A stretch of DNA of 64,000 bases from the human T2T-CHM13v2.0 reference genome, Homo sapiens, in assembly GCF_009914755.1 (NCBI RefSeq), contig NC_060929.1; one strand, 5' to 3'. How positions within the stretch are numbered: the first letter of the stretch is position 1; every line of letters begins with the position of its first letter. The translations under genes were made by a program, and so were the position numbers. The notes beneath the pieces are model-generated. The model saw nothing but the letters and a program-made list of their open reading frames with translations, ran no database searches and was not told where the DNA came from. Below are positions 56,400 to 64,000 of this stretch, one piece after another.

Positions 56400-58560
56400 G
56401 ACCACAGTATCTGCTAAAAGAGAAGTAGTCCTAGAAAAGAGAGAATCGGATTAGTTGTCTTACACTCTGGGTACAAATCTACCTAAATTTTGAAGTGCCC
56501 CCTAAAATAATGTGTTCAAATATTAACAGTAAAACTACTGTATTTTAACATGTAATGTGAGAAATAAATCACAAATTTTTTGAAAGGATAACATTAACCT
56601 AAAATTTAACTACCCAAGAAAAGGAGGTCTCATTTTAAATCTGATGAAATTAGCTGTGTACTATAACAAAGGAATAAACAAACAGGCATACAACTCTGGA
56701 GAAATAAGACAGAATCCGAGGTCTTAACAACAAAGAACATCTGTAATATTCAGAATACAATCCAGCAATATGTGGCATACAAATAACCAAGAAAATTTGA
56801 CCCTTTGTCAGGAGAAAACAATGATTAATAGAGTTGAAGAATTAGAAAATATATAGGTGGGAATTGAACAATGAGAACACTTGGACACAGGAAGGGGAAC
56901 ATCACACTCTGTGGACTGTTGTGGGGTGGGGGGAGGGGGGAGGGATAGCATTAGGAGACACACCTAATGTAAATGACGAGTTAATGGGTGCAGCACACCA
57001 GCATGGCACATGTATACATATGTAACAAACCTGCACGTTGTGCACATGTACCCTAGAACTTAAAGTATAATAAAAAAAAGAAAATATATCAGGAAAATTT
57101 ATCTATTAGTAATTGGAAAAATAGAGGTTAGAAATACTGAAAAGAAATGAACAGAGTTTTTAGAGGTCTGTGGAAAAACATCAAAATATCTAAAATATGT
57201 GTATTTTATTTTTAAAAAGGGAAGAGAAAATGTAGTGGAAAAAATACTTTCAGTTTCTTGAAAGTAATATATTTACAAATTCAAGAAGTTCAACAAACAC
57301 TAATCAAAACAAAACTAATAAAAACTATGCCTAGGTACATCATCATCAAACTGCTAAAAAACAAAGATAAATAGAAAATTTTAAAAGTAACCAGGGAGGA
57401 AGAAAGAAACAGGGACACATTACATATGGAGTAACAATGATTTAAGTGACTGTTGACTTATTGTCCAAAACTGTGTTTGCAAGAAATGAAGCAATATCTT
57501 TATACTTTTAAAGGGAAAAAAATCAAAATGCAATTCTATATCATTGACAAATATAATTTAATAAAGATGGCATAAAAAGACATATTCTCACAAAAATAAA
57601 ACCAAGAATGTGTTAGCAGCAGACCTGCACTAATGGCAATGTTAACTGAATGGAAATAAATATGAAATGGATAACTCAATATAGGAAGAAAAGACTAGCA
57701 TTTGTGTTTATGTATTTATCCTGTTTTCTTTTAAATATATATGATTAAGTTAAAAATGTAGCCTTGAATTGTGGAATCTGTAACACATTTAGATTCAATG
57801 CATACAAAATAGGGTAAATGTAATTAAAAGGTTTCATATGTTCTTCATTATAGGTGATACAGCACATTATTAACTCTAAGTAGAATGAAAAGTTTTAGTG
57901 ATGGATATTGTAATCCATGAGAAATCTCTACATACAATGAAAATAATTATAGTTATAAATCCAATAAATCTCAGAGAAAAAAACTTACGTTCACACAAAT
58001 ATTTATACACGTGTTCACAAAATTTTATTTAGATTAACCTCAAAGTGGAAATAACCCAGATGTCTTTTGATAGTTGAATTTTTAAACAAACTGAAATTCA
58101 TCCATGCAACAGAATATGACTCAGTATTAACAAGGAAATTACTATTGATACTTTAAAATGTTTATTCTCTAGAGAATTACATTGAATGAAAAAAAAAAAA
58201 AACCTCCAAAAGGTCACATACTGCAAGATCCATGTATAACACTCCTGAAATGATAAAATCATAAAAATAGAGAAGAAAGAGAGAACAAATCAGTGATTGA
58301 CAGAAGTCAGGAATATGAGAGGATGGTAAAAGGGATGTTTAGCTTTAAAAAACTAACCAGGAAAATCTTTGATAATGGAACTGTTTGGTATTTTGACTGA
58401 CTGTATCAATATTAATATCTTGATTTTAATATTGTAGTGTAGTTTGTAGTATGCTATAATTTTGGGAAAATAAAAAGAGTACAAAGAACTTTTGTATTAT
58501 TTATCAAACTATACATGAATAAGTATTTACCTCAAAATAAAAAATTTAGTTGAAAATTTT
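56400..58560 (+). mobile_element. Ancient L1M fragments (ORF1 and MC-type 3'UTR)
   Basis: cctaggtacatcatcatcaaactgctaaaaa; aaaaggtcacatactg; gtatcaatattaatatcttg. Confidence 0.55.
56855..57079 (+). mobile_element. Short, relatively young L1PA (PA3/4-like) 3' end with TSD
   Basis: aggtgggaattgaacaatgagaacac...cttaaagtataataaaaaaaa; TSD agaaaatatat at 56844-56854 and 57079-57089. Confidence 0.92.
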
Positions 58561-59627
58561 AAAAGCATAAACTCGCACTCTCGAAAAAATAAACCAACAG
58601 ATGAATTTAAATAAAATTCTACAAACAAAACCTGCTAACTTCAGAACAGACAGAAATGAAGAAAAGGAGAAATAAAAGTTAGTTGAGACAAAATGACAGA
58701 CCTAAATTCAACTGCATATCTATATTGATTATAAAGGGACTGCAAAGGGTATAAAGATCAGAAAGCAAGAAGTAAAATTGTCTGTATTTGCAAAGAGATT
58801 TTTTAAAAGAAAAATCCTATGTAATCAGCAAAACAAATACTAGAGTTCATGAATAGGAATAGAAGCACAGAGTCATAAGATGAATTTATGACCTTACAAA
58901 GCTATTTTGAAACATTGTCTAAACTGGTTGTACAAATTAAAATCTCATGAGCAATATATAGCAAACAAAATATCTTATCAATCTAATGCTTTCAAAACAT
59001 TGACATTTTAAAAACTTCGAAATTCTATCACTTAAATGAATGAGGAGGAAATATTTTATTATGGTTTTAATAATATGGGAAGTATTTTACGATATCAATA
59101 ATTTTGCATTTGCTTGATTCCTAGTGAGGTTGATCTGCTCTTTGCATTCTTATTAGCCCTAAGTGTTTCTTTCTCTGAAGTGAGACGTGTTCCTGTATTT
59201 CACCTACTCAGAAAAATTTGATACTTACTTATTACCAAGAACGGGATACACTTTTATAGAAATTATATATATATTTTAGAAAATATTCACACTCCAATTT
59301 TTATATTCATTTTCAGATTTCTTATCATATTAGACTTGTTAATATAATGTTGAAGTGTTTTTTTTTACCTCTGCTTTCACCACGCTCTGTTTTAGCTATA
59401 ATTACAAAGACAGTAATAATGAGTCTCCCAATATGACACTGAATACAGTTTTAACTATTTTGTTCTATATGTTTTGAATTTGATTTTTTAGATACATAAC
59501 TATTTTAAATTGCTTAATCTTCCCAAAGAACTGGCCTTTCTGTTATTATATAGTGATCCTTTTAATTAATGCTTCTTTTCATCTTAAACCATATAAATAC
59601 CAAATATTTTTATCATTTGCTTAATGT

Positions 59628-59893
59628 AAGCTATAGCCTGAATTGTGACCCCAAAATTTCATATGTTAATATCCTGATCTCCATTGTAATGGTAGGTGCC
59701 TTTCTTCAGATGTAATTAGGAAATAAAATGTAGCAGAGCCTCATGTAAGACAGGACGAGGGCTGTCACCAGACACTGAATTTGCCATGATCTGGGACTTC
59801 CTAGCCTCCAGAACTGTGAGAAATAAATTAGTCTATTGTTTAAGTGACTCAGTCTGTAATATTTTGTTATGGCAGCCTGAGCTGACTAAGATA
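59628..59893 (+). mobile_element. MLT1A-like MaLR LTR, internally deleted
   Basis: cctgaattgtgaccccaaaatttcatatg...agcctccagaactgtgagaaataaa...gagctgactaagata. Confidence 0.75.
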
Positions 59894-59959
59894 ATATATT
59901 TTTTAATTCATTTGTTTTCAACACTTTTGTGTCTCTACAATCCCCAATAGCCAACTTGG

Positions 59960-62900
59960 ATTTGCTGAAGATCAGTTGGCTGGAAGTATTTGGGTTTACT
60001 TACGGGTTCTCTATTCTGTTCCATCAGTATATGTGCCTATATTTATACCAGTACCATGCTGTTTTGGTTACTATAGACTTAGAGTATAGTTTGAAATCAG
60101 GTAGTGTGATGCCTCCAGATTTGTTCTTTTCACTTAGTCTTGCTTTGGGTATGCGGGCTCTTTTTTTCGTTCCATGTGAATTTTAGAATTGTTTTTTTTC
60201 TAATTCTGTGAAGAATGATGGTGGTATTTTGATGGGGATTGCATTGAATTTGTAGATTCCTTTTGGCAGTATGGTCATTTTCACAATATTGATTCCACCC
60301 ACCCATGATCATGGGATGTGTTTCCATTTGTTTGTGTTGTTTATGATTTGTTTCAGCAGTGTTTTGTAGTTTTCCTTGTAGAGGTCTTTTGACTCCATTG
60401 TTAGGTATATTCCTAAGTATTTTTTTTTTTTTGCAGCTATTGTAAAAGGGGTTGAGTTCTTGATTAGATTCTCTTCTTGGTTGCTGTTGGTGTAGAGACG
60501 AGCCACTAATTTGTGTACATTAATCTTGTATGTGGAAACTTTACTGAATTCTTTTATCAGTTCTAGGAGCTTTCTGGAGGAATCTTTAGGGTTCTCAAGT
60601 TAAATGATCATACTGCCAGCAAACAGTTACAGTCTTACTTCCTCTTTATTGATTTGTATGTCCTTTATTTCTTTCTCTTGTCTGATTGCTCTGGCTATTA
60701 CTTCCACTACTATGTTGAAGAGGAGTGGTGAGAGTTAGCACCCTTGTCTTCTTCCAGTTCTCAGAGGGAATGCTTTCAGCTTTTCTCCATTCAGCATTAT
60801 GTTGGCTGTGGGTTTGTCATAGGTGGCTTTTATTACATTGAGGTATGACCCTTGTATGCTGATTTTGCTGAGAGTTGTAATCATAAAGCAATGTTGGATT
60901 TTGTTAAATGATTTTTCCGCATCTATTAAGATGATCATGTGATTTTTGTTTTTAATTCTGTTTATGTGGTGTTTCACATTTATTGAGCTTCTTATGTTAA
61001 ACCAACCCTGAATTCCTAGTATAAAATGAACTTAATCATGGTGGATTATCTTTCTGATATGTTGTTGGATTCGGTTAGCTAACAGTTTGTTAAGGATTTT
61101 AGCATCTATGTTCATCAAGGATATTGGTCTGTAGTTTTCTTTTTTGGATATGTCCTTTCCTGATTTTGGTATTAGGGTGTTGCTGTTTTCATAGAATGAA
61201 TTAGGGAGGGTTCCTACTTTCTCTAACTTGTGGAATAGTGTCAAAAGTATTGGTATCAATTCTTCTTTGAATATCTGATAGAATTCTGCTGTGAATCCAT
61301 CTGGTCCTGTATGTTTTTTGTTGGTAACTTTTTAATTACCATTTCAATCTTGCTGTTTGTTATTGGTCTGTTCAGGGTATCTAATTCTTCCTGATTTAAG
61401 CTAGGAGGGTTGTGTTTTTCCAGCAATTTATCCATCTCTTCTAGGTTTTCTAATTTATGTGCATAAAGGTGTTCATAGTAGCCTTGAATAATCTTTGGTA
61501 TTTCAGAGGCGTCAGTTGTAACATCTCCTGTTTCATTTCTTAGTGAGGTTATTTGGATTTTTCTCTCTTCTCTTCTTGTTTAATCTTGCTAATGGTATAT
61601 CAGTTTTATTTATCTTTTCAAAGAATCAGCCTTTTGTTTCATTTACCTTTGTTTTTTTGTTTTTGTTTTTGTTTTTTTAAATTTCATTTAGTTTTGCTCT
61701 GATCTTGGTTATTTCCTTTATTCTGTGGGATTTGGGTTTAGTTTGTTCTTGTTTCTCCAGTTCCTTGAGGTGTGATCTTAGAACGTCTGTTTATCCTCTT
61801 TCAGTCTTTTTGATGTAGTCATGTAGGGCTATGGACTCTCCTCTTAGCACCACCTTTGCTGCATCCCAGAGCTTTTGGTAGGTTTTGTCATTATTGTCGT
61901 TTAGTTCAAATAATTTTTCAATTTTCATCTTGATTTTATTTTTGACCCAATGCTAATTCAGGAGGATGTTATTTAATTTCCACATATTTACATGGTTTTG
62001 AAGGTTTCTTTTGGAGTTGACTTTCAGTTTTATTCCACTGTGGTCTGAGAGAGTGCTTGATAAAATTTCAATTTTCTTAAATTTACTGAGGCTTTTTTAT
62101 GGCCTATCATATGGTCTATCTTGGAGAAAGTTCCATTTGCTGTTGAATAGAATGTGTATTCTGTGGTTGTTGGATGAAATGTTCTGCATATATCTGTTAA
62201 GTCCATTTGTTCCAACGTATAGTTTAAATTCATTGTTTCTTTGTTGACTTTCTGTCTTGATGACCTGTCTAGTGCTGTCAGTGGAAGCCCCCCATTATTA
62301 TTATGTTGCTGTCTATTTCATTTCTTAGGTATATTTGTAGTTGCTTTATAAATATGGGAGCTCCAGCATTAGGTGCATATATGTTTAGGTTTGTGATATC
62401 TTCCTGTTGGACAAGGCCTTTTACCATTACATAATGTCCTTCTTTGTCTCTTTTAACTGCTGTTGCTTTAAAGTTTGTTTTGTCTGACATAAAAATAGCT
62501 ATTCGTGCTTGCTTTTGGTGTCCATTTGCATGAAATGTCTTTTTCCACCACTTTACTCTAAGTTTATGTGAGTCCTTATGTGTCAGGTGAGCTTCTTGAA
62601 GGCAGCAGATGCTTGGTGAGTTCTTATCCATTTTGCGGTTCTGTATCTTCTAAGTGGAGCATTTAGGCCATTTACATTCAATGTTAGTACTGAAATGTGA
62701 GGTACTATTGCATTCATCGTGCTATTCATTGCCTGTGTATTTTTTTTTTTTTTTTGCTTTTTAACTTGTATTTTTGTTTTATAGGTCCTGTATGATTTAT
62801 GCTTTGAAGAGATGCTGTTTTGATGTGTTTCCAGAATTTGTTTCAATATTTAGAACTCCTTTTAGCAGTTCTTGTAGTGGTGGTTTGGTAGTGACAAATT

Positions 62901-64000
62901 CAGCATTTGTTTGTCTGAAAAAGACTGTATCTTTCCTTCCTTCATGTATGATGCTTAGTTTCCCTGGATACAAAATTATTTTCTGATTTTTGTTTGAGGA
63001 GGCTGAAGATAAAGCCCCAATCCCTTCTAGCTTGAAGGGTTTCTGCTGAGAAATCTGCTGTTAATCTGATAGGTTTTCTTTTATAGGTTACGTGGTGCTT
63101 GTGTCTCACAGCTCTTAAGATTCTTTCCTTTGTCTTACCTTTGGATAACCTGGTGACAATGTGCCTAGGTGATGATCTTTTTGTGATGAATTTCCCAGGT
63201 ATTCTTTGTGCTTCTTGTATTTGGATGTCTACATCTCCGGCAAGGCTGGGGAAGTCAATTATTCCCCCAAATACGTTTTCCAAGCTTTTTAGAATTCTCT
63301 TCTTCCTTGGGAACACTGCTTATTTTCAGATTTGGTTGTTTAACATAATCCCAGGCTCCTTGGAGGCTTTGTTAATATTTTCTTCTTCTTTTTTCTTTGT
63401 CTTTGTTGTATTGGGTTAATTCAAACACCTTGTCTTAGAGCTCTGAATTCCTTTCTTCTACTTGTTCAATTGTATTACAGGGACTTTCCAGAGCATTTTG
63501 CATTTTTATAAATTTGTCCAATGTTTCCTGAATTTTTTGTTTATTTTTATTTTTATTTTTTCTGTAAGCTGTCTATTTCCTTAAATATTTCTCCCTTCAC
63601 TTCTTGTATCATTTTTCGGATTTCCTTGCACTGGGCTTCACCTTTCTCTGGACTCCCTGATCAGCTTAATAACTAACCTCTTGAATTCTTTTTCAGGTAA
63701 ATCAGGGATTTCTTCTTGGTTTGGATCTATTGCTGGTGAACTACTGTGATTTTGTGGGGGTGTTAAAGAGCCTTGTTTTGTCATATTACCAGGGTTGGTT
63801 TTCTGATTCCTCCTCATTTCGCTAGGCTCTCTCAGAGGAAAGGTCTAGGGCTGAAGGCTGTTGTTCAGATTATTTTGTTCCGTGAGGTGTTCCCCCTTTT
63901 CCTATGGATGTGATTTCCTGTGAGCCAAACTGCAGTGATTGTTGTCTCTCTTCTGGGTCTAGCTACCCAGCAAGTCCACCCAGCTCTGGGCTGGTACTGG
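59960..64000 (-). mobile_element. L1PB-like element (ORF1 and 5' two thirds of ORF2), continuing beyond the window
   Basis: ORFs 62942-63316 (ORF1), 62278-62631 (endonuclease, ICCLQE..H, NIYAPN), 61032-61259 and 60735-60977 (RT), 60309-60506 (KYLGIYLT). Confidence 0.9.

Noticed and set aside
59960-63420. Active L1 or a novel reverse-transcriptase system
   Set aside because: ORF1 and ORF2 are broken into many short frames and the 3' end is absent; ordinary decayed L1PB

Overview
This is eukaryotic, primate (catarrhine, probably hominoid/human-like) AT-rich genomic DNA, gene-poor and made mostly of nested transposable-element relics. I find no intact protein-coding gene. Main contents: two decayed non-autonomous MER4-group ERV1 proviruses (MER101-like ~2.7-15.2 kb; MER57A-like ~34.0-40.2 kb), several solo LTRs, many L1 fragments of different ages, eight Alu copies or fragments, MaLR/ERVL LTRs, small DNA-transposon MITEs, a full-length RPL5 processed pseudogene inside a solo LTR, and a 34-nt 3'-truncated U2 snRNA retrocopy. 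I see no support for a new multi-gene biological system. The most notable signals are small mutational fossils: two locally templated inverted insertions (37 bp exact; 27 bp), minimal retrotransposition events with target-site duplications (TSDs), a ~275-bp monomer array in an old L1 5'UTR, an LTR-swap relic inside the MER57A internal region, and an Alu-tail GAA expansion. Repeat subfamily names come from my recall of consensus sequences and need RepeatMasker/Dfam confirmation. Boundaries of old elements are approximate.
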